Positions 1-8,893 of a DNA stretch of 64,000 bases are shown here, in pieces (within the stretch, counting starts at the first letter, position 1; the number at the start of each line of letters is the position of its first letter). Source of the stretch: Verrucomicrobiaceae bacterium (GTDB lineage Bacteria; Verrucomicrobiota; Verrucomicrobiia; Chthoniobacterales; Chthoniobacteraceae); the NCBI GenBank assembly GCA_043757005.1, contig JAYVQK010000121.1, positions 2,069 through 66,068 on the forward strand, in the 5' to 3' direction. The notes beneath the pieces are model-generated. The model was not told the DNA's origin. It made no database searches and saw only the letters and a list, made by a program, of their open reading frames with translations. The position numbers and the translations under genes are program-made.

Positions 1-79
1 CGAGCATGGCCACGAGAATGGCGATGATCGAGATGACGACGAGAAGTTCGATAAGGGTGAAAGCGTGTTTCTTTTTCAT
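1..79 (-). CDS. prepilin-type N-terminal cleavage/methylation domain protein (pseudopilin/pilin-like); 5' end only, gene runs off the window
   Basis: Reverse complement reads MKKKHAFTLIELLVVISIIAILVAML, which is a short basic leader plus the FTLIELLVV hydrophobic helix. ATG at 77..79 on the minus strand. Confidence 0.8.
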   Translation of the reverse strand, partial: MKKKHAFTLIELLVVISIIAILVAML

Positions 80-198
80 AGGTAAAAGCGGGTCGCGAGA
101 AACTATGCCCTCCCGTTTGGATTGCACGCGCGTTTTTAGGAAAAAATACGTTATGAGCGAGTGGGTGAATGATGGTTGATTGTTGATGGCTCACGCGC

Positions 199-1338
199 TT
201 GCGTGTGGCTTTTATCCACTATTCGCCATCCACACTGCCCTTGAAGCGCGTTCTTATTCTCACCGCCGGTTACGGCGAAGGCCACAATGCTGCCGCCCGC
301 TCGCTCGCTGCTGGCCTCACGGAGGCTGGCGCTGTCGCGGAGGTGCGCGATTTTTTCCTAGAGGCTTACGGCGAGGTGCAGGGGACTTCGCAGCGGCTTT
401 ATATTGATTGCATAGACCGCGCACCGTGGCTGTGGCTCATCGTGTATCGGCTGCTGGATCGGCTACCTCTCATGCGCTGGTTGGGCGTGCCATCGCTCTT
501 TGCGATGCGGCGGCTTTTTGCGCGCACTTTAGAAGAATGGAAGCCGGACGTCGTCGTCTCCGTCTATCCCGCCTACGGCTACTTGTTGGACCGCATTTTT
601 CGCGGCAAGCGCGCGCCTTTTGCGCAGCACACGATGGTGACCGATAGCATCACCGTGAACTCCATCTGGCATCGCTGCGGCTCGGATACTTGGCTCGTGC
701 CCAATGAAGACACCGCTGCTGTGATGCGCGCGGCCCGCGTGCCTGCGGAGAAGCTGCACGTCACCGGCTTCCCCGTGCCGCTGCGCTTTGCCGATGCACG
801 CGCCGAGCGGCCTGCACCCAGCGCGGGCGAGCCATTGCGCGTGCTGTATATGATCAACCACGCGAAGCAGGATGCCCTAGCGCTCGTCCGCAGCATCCTC
901 GCGCTGGAGGGGGTGAAATTGACCGTGACCGTGGGTAAAGACGCCGCCCTCGGTCGCGAAATCGAAGGCATCGCCCGCGAGCTGGGACGCCCGCTGGAGC
1001 TACACGGCTGGACGCTCCGGATGCCCGAGCTACTCATGTCGCACCACGTCCTCATCGGCAAAGCCGGAGGAGCCGCCACACAAGAAGCGCTCGCCGCGCG
1101 CATCCCCATGCTCATCACGAAAGTCGTGCCCGGCCAGGAGGAGGGAAATGCCGAACTCATCGTCCGCCACGGCTGCGGTGCAGTCGTGCCCACCCGCGAT
1201 GCCGTGATCGAAAAACTCGCCGAGCTCACCGCCGATCACCACGCGCTCTGGCACCGCTGGCAGACCGCCATCGCGAAGCTCTCCCGCCCCCAAGCGGCGC
1301 GCGATGCGGCGAAATTTGTTCTCAATTCGCTTCGCTAG
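199..1338 (+). CDS. MGDG synthase / UgtP-like glycolipid glycosyltransferase (GT28-type GT-B)
   Basis: KRVLILTAGYGEGHNAAARSLAAGL matches the GT28 N-terminal G-x-G-H motif. HHVLIGKAGGAATQEALAARIPMLI...GQEEGNAELI matches the C-terminal nucleotide-sugar half. The start is uncertain: TTG 199 or in-frame TTG 241. Confidence 0.7.
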   Translation: MRVAFIHYSPSTLPLKRVLILTAGYGEGHNAAARSLAAGLTEAGAVAEVRDFFLEAYGEVQGTSQRLYIDCIDRAPWLWLIVYRLLDRLPLMRWLGVPSLFAMRRLFARTLEEWKPDVVVSVYPAYGYLLDRIFRGKRAPFAQHTMVTDSITVNSIWHRCGSDTWLVPNEDTAAVMRAARVPAEKLHVTGFPVPLRFADARAERPAPSAGEPLRVLYMINHAKQDALALVRSILALEGVKLTVTVGKDAALGREIEGIARELGRPLELHGWTLRMPELLMSHHVLIGKAGGAATQEALAARIPMLITKVVPGQEEGNAELIVRHGCGAVVPTRDAVIEKLAELTADHHALWHRWQTAIAKLSRPQAARDAAKFVLNSLR

Positions 1339-1344
1339 AAAGCC

Positions 1345-1947
1345 ATGATTCGCGCCTTCCTCTTCGACATCGGCAATGTCCTCGTGCATTTCGATTTCCT
1401 CCACGCCGCCCGCGCCATCCTCCCGCTCTGCGACGCCGCCGATGCGGGCGAGCTGCTCCAGCGTATAGACGCCGATAAGCTCCGCTACGAAGACGGCCAG
1501 ATGCCCCGCGCCGACTTCCTCCACGCGGCCTTCGTTGCGCTAAAATATCGCGGCACCGAGGCCGAGTTCATCGCCGCGTGGCAGTGTATTTTTTCCGCAA
1601 ACGCGCCCATGCACCAGCTCGTCGAGCGCCTGCGTGGGCGTCACCCGCTCTACCTCCTCAGCAATACGAACGACATCCATGTCGAGGGACTCTTACGCGA
1701 TTTCCCCGTCTTCCAGCACTTCACCGGAGCCACCTACAGCCACCTCGCCCGCGCCTCCAAGCCACACCGCGCCATCTACGAAATCGCCTGCCGCGACCAC
1801 GCGCTAGAGCCCAGCACGACGCTTTTTATTGATGATCTCGCCGCCAATATCGCCACCGCGCACGCGCTCGGTTTTCAAACCCACCACTACCACCCCGAGC
1901 GCCACGACGCGCTTTTAGACGCACTACGGGATTTAAAGTTAAGCTGA
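1345..1947 (+). CDS. HAD-superfamily hydrolase (subfamily IA-like)
   Basis: Motif I FLFDIGNVLV, motif II LLSNTN and motif IV FIDDLAANI. Lies 7 nt after the GT28 gene. Confidence 0.75.
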   Translation: MIRAFLFDIGNVLVHFDFLHAARAILPLCDAADAGELLQRIDADKLRYEDGQMPRADFLHAAFVALKYRGTEAEFIAAWQCIFSANAPMHQLVERLRGRHPLYLLSNTNDIHVEGLLRDFPVFQHFTGATYSHLARASKPHRAIYEIACRDHALEPSTTLFIDDLAANIATAHALGFQTHHYHPERHDALLDALRDLKLS

Positions 1948-2100
1948 CCTCACTCGCGCGAAGAAAGCGCGATTTCAGCATCATTTCCCCCGTCTTTTTT
2001 CTTTCTCATCCTATCTGTTTTTGCTTAGTCTCCTCGCAGTGCTGCCAGCTCCCGGCTCTCCACAGGCAACACTGAGTCTATAAAAATAACTCAAACATCT

Positions 2101-2400
2101 ATGGGAACCAAAAGCACAACCACCAAAGGAGTAACCGCCAAAGCCGTGAAGCCAACGCCAGCGTCTAAATCCGTCGTAAAACCCGCGCCGCGAGCCGCTG
2201 CAAAAGCCAAAGTCGCAGTCATCACACGCACGACCAAGCCATCCGACACTGCCAAGCCAGCGCGCACCAAATCCGCAGCAATCTCGCATGAGACCGTCGC
2301 GACGCGCGCCTATTACATCGGCCAAAACCGCCTCGCCGACGACCTCCCCGGCGACCCGCAGAGCGACTGGCTGGAAGCCGAGCGCCAGCTTCGCAAGTAG
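2101..2400 (+). CDS. DUF2934-type small protein with Lys/Ala/Pro-rich (histone H1-like) N-terminus
   Basis: The C-terminus RAYYIGQNRLADDLPGDPQSDWLEAERQL fits the DUF2934 pattern RAY...G....DW..AE. The N-terminal 60 aa are K/A/T/P-rich. Confidence 0.6.
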   Translation: MGTKSTTTKGVTAKAVKPTPASKSVVKPAPRAAAKAKVAVITRTTKPSDTAKPARTKSAAISHETVATRAYYIGQNRLADDLPGDPQSDWLEAERQLRK

Positions 2401-2511
2401 GCGTTCACGGCAAAAATCGTCCACCTCGCACTGCCTCGCACAAAGGCTGGGAAGCTAAAGTCATTTTCGCGCTTCCGATCGTGCCATACTTGAGCGATAA
2501 AGTGCGCCCTC

Positions 2512-2931
2512 ATGGAAACGTTCATCGCCATTTTCATCGGAGCCATCGCCGGAGTCGTCGCCGCCCTCTGCGGCGTCGGCGGCGGCGTCGTCATGGTGCC
2601 CGCCTTCGTCTATCTTTTAAAAATGGGGCAAAAAACCGCAGTCGCCACCTCCCTCGCCGCCATCATTTTCACCGCCTTCTTTACCACCCTCAAAAATCAG
2701 AGCAACGGACTCATCCTCTGGCGCGTCGCCCTCGTCTCCGGCATGGCCAGCGCAGCAGTCGGCTGGCGCGCAGCAGACGAGCTAAAGAAGCTACAAGACG
2801 TCACACTCACCCGTATTTTCGCCAGCATCATCATTGTTTTCGGAGTCATCATGTGGTGTCAATCGCTTGGTAGGCAAAGCTTACCAAACGACGAAAAACC
2901 GAAAGACACCCCAGAACACACAAAAAGTTAA
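2512..2931 (+). CDS. TauE/SafE (TSUP, DUF81) family permease, half-size (139 aa)
   Basis: FIGAIAGVVAALCGVGGGVVMVPAFVYLL matches the TSUP signature G.GGG...VP. About 4 hydrophobic segments instead of the usual 7-8. Confidence 0.65.
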   Translation: METFIAIFIGAIAGVVAALCGVGGGVVMVPAFVYLLKMGQKTAVATSLAAIIFTAFFTTLKNQSNGLILWRVALVSGMASAAVGWRAADELKKLQDVTLTRIFASIIIVFGVIMWCQSLGRQSLPNDEKPKDTPEHTKS

Positions 2932-3022
2932 AATACTTCTTGTGTCTAATCGAAGAGATCGCTAATCTGAATCCAGCAACCGGAAACGGTTGCGAAATTT
3001 TATACGTGTTCTGGGGGGAACA

Positions 3023-3067
3023 GCGGCCTTCTGGTAGTCTTTCGACTCCGGGAGGCCGCACTTTTTT
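3023..3067 (+). terminator. intrinsic terminator downstream of the TSUP gene
   Basis: GCGGCCTTCTGG (3023..3034) pairs with CCGGGAGGCCGC (3048..3059). That is 12 bp including 2 G-U pairs, with a 13-nt loop. It is followed by AC and a run of 6 T (3062..3067). Confidence 0.6.
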
Positions 3068-3166
3068 GCCCCAAATAGCCGCCAGCAAGGGAACAAATCA
3101 CCACATCGCTGCATTTTCCCATTTGCCTCCACGCCCGTCTCCGCTTTGCTGTGCGACCTGTTTATT

Positions 3167-3712
3167 ATGGCCAATACTATCACCAGTCCCGTCTTCGTCG
3201 TCCGCGATAACATAGACACCGATCAGATCATCCCTGCGCAGTATCTCACGCTCGTGCCGACCAAGGCCGACGAATACGAAAAGCTCGGGAGCTTTGCACT
3301 GATCGGCCTTCCCGACGATCAGTATCCCGTGAAATTCGTGCCGGAAGGAACGAAGACACCGTATAAAATCGTCATCGCTGGGAAGAATTTCGGTTGTGGT
3401 AGCTCGCGCGAACACGCCCCCATCGCTATGGGCGCGGCGGGCTGCGCAGCAGTGATTGCCGATGGCTTTGCGCGCATTTTTTTCCGCAACTGTGTGGCGA
3501 CTGGCGAGCTGTATCCTTTCGATGCCAGCGAGCGCCTCTGCGACATTTTGAAGACTGGCGACATCGCCACGCTCGATCTCGATACCGATACGCTCACCGC
3601 CAACGGCAAGACCTACGTGCTCAAACCGCTCGGCGAAGTGCGCCCAGTCATTGATGCCGGCGGCGTGTTCAATTACGCCCGCCAAAGCGGGATGCTCCCC
3701 GCTTCCACGTAG
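3167..3712 (+). CDS. leuD: 3-isopropylmalate dehydratase small subunit (LeuD-type aconitase swivel domain)
   Basis: NIDTDQIIPAQYL and GKNFGCGSSREHAPIA are classic LeuD motifs. ATG 3167 is preferred over the upstream TTG 3146. Confidence 0.8.
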   Translation: MANTITSPVFVVRDNIDTDQIIPAQYLTLVPTKADEYEKLGSFALIGLPDDQYPVKFVPEGTKTPYKIVIAGKNFGCGSSREHAPIAMGAAGCAAVIADGFARIFFRNCVATGELYPFDASERLCDILKTGDIATLDLDTDTLTANGKTYVLKPLGEVRPVIDAGGVFNYARQSGMLPAST

Positions 3713-3716
3713 CGCC

Positions 3717-3736
3717 CACAGGCTGGAAAGCCTGTG
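3717..3736. terminator. hairpin between convergent leuD and GT4 genes (possible bidirectional terminator / REP-like unit)
   Basis: CACAGGCT-GGAA-AGCCTGTG, a perfect 8-bp stem. It starts 5 nt after the leuD stop and directly abuts the GT4 stop codon at 3737. Confidence 0.5.
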
Positions 3737-4936
3737 TCACTTTACAGCCAGCGCCCGCGCAAACTCACCCAGCACCGCGCTCTGCTCAAACTGCTGCACC
3801 CACGCCCGTCCTGCCCGCGCGTAGCCGAGCAGCGCGGCGGGATCGGTCGCCATTTGCGTGAGCACGGCGGCGACTGCTTCCACCTGATCGGGTAAAATAT
3901 TCACCCCACAGCCGCTCTCGGCCACCGCGCGGGCCAGCTCGCTCTCGGCATCCGCCACGCTCAAGACAGGGCGCGCGGCGGCGAGAGTCGGCAGGAGTTT
4001 GCTGGGGAAAAATGCGCGCCCACTGCCAGCCGCTTGCGTGATGATAGCCACGTCTGCATCCGCCAGCATCTCGCGATATTCCTGCTCCGGCAGCAGCGGC
4101 AGAAGGTGGACGTTTGCCAGCCCGGCAGCTTGCGCCGCGATGATCTCGCGTTGCACGCCATCGCCGCAGAGGATGATTTTCACCCGCCCGCCGAGCAGCC
4201 TGCGTGCTGCTTCTACGAGCACGCCGAGCCCCTGCTTCACGCCGAAATTCCCGCTGTAAATGGCGAGAAAATCCCCCGCTGTAAATCCATGCCGCACTCG
4301 GAACGCACCGCGCTTGCAAGGCTCCGCGAGCGGCGTTCCATTTGGAAAATAAAGCTGCCTCGCCGCAGGCACGCCCTTCGCCGTGAAGGCCGCGAGCATC
4401 CCCCGGCTGATGCCCGAGACACGCCACGCGTGGCGATAGCTAAACGCCTCCACGGCATACAGCGCGCGTGTGAAAAGCCCCGGCCTTAGCATCCCGAGTC
4501 CCACCGCCGCATCCGGCTGGAGATCTTGCACGTGGAAGACATAACGCGTCCCCATCAGATGCGCCGCCAGCCAAGCCCCAGGCCCGAGCAGGAGCGGCGG
4601 CGACACCGCTACGATCACGTCCGGCACGCGGCAGCGCAGCACACGCGGCAGCGAGGTGAGTAGGAAAGTCACCTCGTGCAAAATGCGCCGCCACCACCGC
4701 ACGCGCGCCGGGACGTAGTGCCAGCAGCGATGCACCGGCACGCCATTCACGAAGTCCGTGCGCCACAGTCGGCGGCTGTCCTCCGCGCTCTTTTTCCAAG
4801 CGGGATAATACGGAAAAGTCGTGACCATCTCCACCTCGTGTCCTGCCGCGCGCAGGTGCTCGCACAGCGCCGCGTTACAAGGCCCGATGCCCGTCACCTC
4901 CGGCGCATAATTGATCCCCCACACGAGCACTTTCAT
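3737..4936 (-). CDS. GT4-family glycosyltransferase, WcaI-like
   Basis: MKVLVWGINYAPEVTGIGPCNAALCEHLRAAGHEVEMVTTFPYYPAWK is the WcaI-type N-terminus. The C-terminal half resembles a GT-B fold (FFPSKLLPTLAAARPVL). Confidence 0.7.
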   Translation of the reverse strand: MKVLVWGINYAPEVTGIGPCNAALCEHLRAAGHEVEMVTTFPYYPAWKKSAEDSRRLWRTDFVNGVPVHRCWHYVPARVRWWRRILHEVTFLLTSLPRVLRCRVPDVIVAVSPPLLLGPGAWLAAHLMGTRYVFHVQDLQPDAAVGLGMLRPGLFTRALYAVEAFSYRHAWRVSGISRGMLAAFTAKGVPAARQLYFPNGTPLAEPCKRGAFRVRHGFTAGDFLAIYSGNFGVKQGLGVLVEAARRLLGGRVKIILCGDGVQREIIAAQAAGLANVHLLPLLPEQEYREMLADADVAIITQAAGSGRAFFPSKLLPTLAAARPVLSVADAESELARAVAESGCGVNILPDQVEAVAAVLTQMATDPAALLGYARAGRAWVQQFEQSAVLGEFARALAVK

Positions 4937-5058
4937 TTTAAAACGCGGAACGAACGTGGCACAGGCGTCCCGTCTGTGGGGTCAGCGAGCGTCTCGCCCG
5001 CAGCATCCGAGATGTGTCAAGGTGACAGCGCGCTTCCGTGGACATCAAAAAAAGGTTC

Positions 5059-6942
5059 TTACTGCGGCTTCCCCGCCGGTTTCGCTGGTGCAGCGGGAGC
5101 CTCGGCGGGCTTGGCCGCAGCAGGCTTCGCCGTCTCGATCAGCGCACTATTGAGCGCGTCAAAGTCGGGCTTGCTCACGAGGAAAGTCCCCGTTTTTCCC
5201 TCCAGCGTCGCGTGCCACATTTCCTCCGGCGTATTGCTGCCGATGGAGAGCTTGCCGTGTTTGCCATCGGCTTGGGTGAAAGTGAGGACGAGGTTCGGCT
5301 TGTCTAGCCCTTGCGCGGCGGCGTTCGTCGCTCCGAGCCAGCGCACGGCGCGGAGGGCGTTGAGCGTATTCACGAGCGATTGCGCAGCGGCGGTGCTCAC
5401 CACGCCATCGCCTTTTGCGAGCGCCCAGCCTTTCTGTTTATCCAGTGTATAGCTCAACGTGGGCTGGCCGATGCGGGCGATTTCGAGCGCAGTGATCGCG
5501 TCCTTTTTTAAATCGAGCACCGTGAGATCCTGCCATTGCAGCGGGTCAGACCAAACGCCCGCGAGCAGGCTGGCTGGCACGGATACGATGAAAGGCTCGT
5601 CGTCCAGCTTCGCATATCCCGCGTCGCCCTCGAAGCGCCCGAGCATCACTTTTGCCAGCGCCTGCTCGCCCGGTTTCGTCTCCGGCGTGCCCTCGGTCGA
5701 ATAGCTCGAAAGCGTGATCGTCGCTTGCGGCGCATCGAGGCCGAAGCCCTTCAAATCACTCGCCATATCCGCCACTTGCCGCGCGATCTTCGTATTCACG
5801 AGATCGTTCAATAGCTTGTTTGCCGCGCTGGCGTTGGCGGGCATCTCGGCTTTGCCACCGAGCTTGCGCACCCACTCCTCGCCCTTCCGCGCGAGCACGA
5901 TTTTTTCTTTGCCGGGTGCTTCGATGGCGATGCGATCCACCATGTCGCTCTGCACGCGCACGAGGCTCTGGTCGCGCAGATCATTCGGCTGCGTGTTGAT
6001 GAGCTTTTCCATCGCCACTGGCACCGTCACCACGCTGTCGCGCGTGCTCAGTTTCACGTAAGCGTGCGTAGGCGCGGGCTTCGCGGCGGGGTCTTCCGGC
6101 TTGTCGCCCACGGGCGCTTTTTGCACCGCCGCGCCGAGCTGGAGCACTACGGGTTCCTTCACGCCTTCGGCGGAAAGTGTGAGCATCGCGCGAGGCTCGT
6201 TCAGCCCGAGAGCGGCGAGATCTTTCGAGTCGGCGATGAAATCCTCGATACGCGCGTTCACCACATTCGAGATGAGGTCGGCAATCTTCTGATTGTCGCC
6301 GCGCGCCTTGAATGGCCGCACGAAATTCCAATTCAGCCCCTTCTTCTCCAGCTCGATCTCGCCCTTCGCCGTCTTGAGCACCGCCCGCGTCACCTGCGAA
6401 GCCGTCACGTCGCTCAACTTCCGGCTGCGCCATTCTTTCAGCCCCTTGGTCACATTATCCCGCAGCCCCTTACCCACCACGTAAACCGTGTCCGCGCCGT
6501 CCAGCCGTAGATACACCTTGCCCTCGATAGCCGTTTCTTTCCCCAGCAAAATCTCCACCGCTTTCTTCCCCTCGATCTTTAAGCTCGCCTCGCCGCGTGT
6601 GAGCCCAAATTCCTTCAGCGAATCCTTCGCATCTTTCGCCAGCGGCACACGCGACGCGCTCAGCGTCTCCAGCGTGGTAAAGAGCGTCGTCAACGCCATC
6701 TCCTCCGCGCGATCTTGCACCGGCGATTCGATGAACCAGCCGCTCTCGCGCTTCTTCATCACGATCGTCCCCTCGCTATTGCGGATCGTGATGCCCTGGA
6801 TGTCGTCGCGATCCACCTCCACCACCTTGCCCTCTTTTTCCCGCCGCTCGTCCGTAGAGAGCTGCTTGCTATCCACCCAGCGGATGTAGGCGAAAGCGCC
6901 GATGCAGAGCAGGAGGAGTAAGACAGTATTACGAGTTTTCAT
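5059..6942 (-). CDS. DUF4340-like membrane-anchored protein (last gene of the ABC-2/GldG operon)
   Basis: N-terminal anchor MKTRNTVLLLLLCIGAFAYI. It sits directly downstream of a GldG-like gene, as in the common ABC-2/GldG/DUF4340 arrangement. The C-terminus is Ala/Pro/Lys-rich. Confidence 0.55.
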   Translation of the reverse strand: MKTRNTVLLLLLCIGAFAYIRWVDSKQLSTDERREKEGKVVEVDRDDIQGITIRNSEGTIVMKKRESGWFIESPVQDRAEEMALTTLFTTLETLSASRVPLAKDAKDSLKEFGLTRGEASLKIEGKKAVEILLGKETAIEGKVYLRLDGADTVYVVGKGLRDNVTKGLKEWRSRKLSDVTASQVTRAVLKTAKGEIELEKKGLNWNFVRPFKARGDNQKIADLISNVVNARIEDFIADSKDLAALGLNEPRAMLTLSAEGVKEPVVLQLGAAVQKAPVGDKPEDPAAKPAPTHAYVKLSTRDSVVTVPVAMEKLINTQPNDLRDQSLVRVQSDMVDRIAIEAPGKEKIVLARKGEEWVRKLGGKAEMPANASAANKLLNDLVNTKIARQVADMASDLKGFGLDAPQATITLSSYSTEGTPETKPGEQALAKVMLGRFEGDAGYAKLDDEPFIVSVPASLLAGVWSDPLQWQDLTVLDLKKDAITALEIARIGQPTLSYTLDKQKGWALAKGDGVVSTAAAQSLVNTLNALRAVRWLGATNAAAQGLDKPNLVLTFTQADGKHGKLSIGSNTPEEMWHATLEGKTGTFLVSKPDFDALNSALIETAKPAAAKPAEAPAAPAKPAGKPQ

Positions 6943-6983
6943 AGTGCGAAAAAATGGACGTTATTTGAAATGAAAGCCCCCGC

Positions 6984-7114
6984 GTAGAAGCGACGCCCCC
7001 GTCGCTTAGTGTTGCCGCGACGCCCCCGTCGCGGGATGCCGCAAAGCGGAGTTGCCGCGCCTTTACGCGACGGGGCGTCGCGTCCACTCCGAGCGACGAG
7101 GGCGTCGCTTCTAC
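6984..7114. repeat. composite palindrome of four GCGACG-N3-4-CGTCGC hairpins (GTAGAAGCGACG repeat family)
   Basis: Hairpins at 6988..7007, 7015..7034, 7065..7083 and 7091..7110. The first two have C-rich loops and the last two G-rich loops. The outer arms are GTAGAAGCGACG (6984..6995) and CGTCGCTTCTAC (7103..7114). Confidence 0.85.
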
Positions 7115-7168
7115 GGCGCACTTTTCGCCTTTCTCCAGCAGCTCGTTCATCTTCAAAAAGCGGTGTGG

Positions 7169-8875
7169 TTACTTCGCGCTCGCAGCGCGTTGCTTTTGCT
7201 CGGCGCGATTCGCGACGGCAGCGGCGATGCCGAAAGCCAGTGCAACGGCGATGGAGATGAGCACAGATTTCGGCGGCATTTTTGCCCCCTCAATGCCGAG
7301 CGAAATCTCCACAAGATACCACAGCACGACAGCGATGAGGTAGATGCTGGCGAGCCAGATGATGAGCGAGAAAAGGTTTTTCCCATACCGCCACGAGAGG
7401 TGAAAGAGGCCGATGACGGCGATGATGAGCGGGATGTAAAACGCCACCCACGCGCGCATCGCGCCAATCTGCTCTTGGCTGAGGGAGAGGCTGATTTTTT
7501 CTTTCACCTTCGGCGGGAGGCTGATGAGGTTTTCGCGGTTCAGCAGCCAGTTCACCGCGTTCAGCGAGAGGTCGAGTGCCACAGGCCCCATGCGCAGGCC
7601 ATCGTTCGTCAGGAAGTCGCCGTTGCCAAAGACCACCATGCGCGGCGTCTCTAACTTCACATTGCGGTCCTTCGAGGCTCCCTGCTCCACGGCGACGCCG
7701 ATGGTGAGCGGCGCAGCGTGATCTTTCTTCGGGTCAAACATCGGCACCGCAGTCTGCGTGCTATCGTATTCCGTCTCGCCCCAAAATTCCCTCGGTGCCG
7801 CCATCAGCTCCGTGAATTTCGTCTGCCCCGTCTCTTCTTTTGCCCGGTCTAAAAAGAGCGACTGCGTGGGGCCAAACATCTCATTCGAGACACCCTCAAT
7901 CTCTTTCGTGATCTGCGAGCCGCGCGCGACCACTCCCTCCAGCGGCACGAGTCCTGTCAGTCCGCCGACATTTACCACGCGCAGGATGTGGTCGTCCTGC
8001 GGATGCACTCCGCGTTTCGTCAACCACTCGTTGAAATTCGTCGTCTTCCCCTTCGTCGTGCCCGTCGCCACAAAGAGCCGCCCTTTCTTCTGCCAGTATT
8101 CCGTGAGCAGCTTTTGATCGCGCTCGGAGAAGTCGTATTTGGGCCCGAAGACAAAGACGAGACTCGCATCCGCAGGCACCGCCTCCACGTCTGCAAGCTT
8201 CAGCGATTCCATCTGCAAATTCTGCCGCGCCAGCATCTCCTTGAGCATCGTGACTTGCTTCCCAGCCAACTCGTATTCGCCGTGGCCCGTGGTGAAATAC
8301 ACCTTGTTCTGCTTCGGCTCGATGATCTCCAGCAGCGCGCCCGTGAGCACCTGTTCGCCTTTGAAAGAGAGCATCTCCGGCGCTCGGCGCTGCATCATCA
8401 TCTGCATCTGATCCAGCTTCTCAAACTCCGCCATGTCGAAGCTGTTCACGAATTTATTCCGCCCGTCGTAGGTCAAAATGATCACGTTTTCATCCGCGCC
8501 AAACTTGTATTGGTTTTGCAGCTCCTTTGCCCGCGTGAGGTTCGCATAGGGATCCACTTCCTCCACCGTCAGCTTCCCTTTTGAGGTAAATTCATACTCC
8601 CGCAAAAGCAGTCGCGCTTCATTCTCCGCCTCGCCCGTGGCGGCAAACATCACGATGGCTTGCACGGGCTTTTGCAGCGTTTCGAGCACGGCTTTCGTCT
8701 GCGAACTGAGCACGAGATTTTTTCCACGGCTCACATCCCAGCGGACGTAATGGCGGCTGCTGAGGTAGTTCACAAAAGCCACGAGAACGAACAGGAGGAT
8801 CAATTGAACGACTACATTCGCGGCAATTTCGATCCGCCCGACGCGGACGGTTTTTTGAGTCTTTGGCGTATCCAT
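7169..8875 (-). CDS. GldG-like ABC-transporter auxiliary protein
   Basis: N-terminal TM (IAANVVVQLILLFVLVAFVNYL), a large periplasmic domain and C-terminal TM segments. It follows an ABC-2 permease and an ATPase. Confidence 0.7.
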   Translation of the reverse strand: MDTPKTQKTVRVGRIEIAANVVVQLILLFVLVAFVNYLSSRHYVRWDVSRGKNLVLSSQTKAVLETLQKPVQAIVMFAATGEAENEARLLLREYEFTSKGKLTVEEVDPYANLTRAKELQNQYKFGADENVIILTYDGRNKFVNSFDMAEFEKLDQMQMMMQRRAPEMLSFKGEQVLTGALLEIIEPKQNKVYFTTGHGEYELAGKQVTMLKEMLARQNLQMESLKLADVEAVPADASLVFVFGPKYDFSERDQKLLTEYWQKKGRLFVATGTTKGKTTNFNEWLTKRGVHPQDDHILRVVNVGGLTGLVPLEGVVARGSQITKEIEGVSNEMFGPTQSLFLDRAKEETGQTKFTELMAAPREFWGETEYDSTQTAVPMFDPKKDHAAPLTIGVAVEQGASKDRNVKLETPRMVVFGNGDFLTNDGLRMGPVALDLSLNAVNWLLNRENLISLPPKVKEKISLSLSQEQIGAMRAWVAFYIPLIIAVIGLFHLSWRYGKNLFSLIIWLASIYLIAVVLWYLVEISLGIEGAKMPPKSVLISIAVALAFGIAAAVANRAEQKQRAASAK

Positions 8876-8893
8876 AAAACTTCGTGAGTAAAA

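Noticed and set aside
2976-3060. GCAACCG-GAAA-CGGTTGC tetraloop hairpin and neighbouring stem as a possible small RNA (SRP/4.5S-like)
   Set aside because: There is no match to the conserved SRP domain IV motifs. The second stem plus T-tract is better explained as a terminator.
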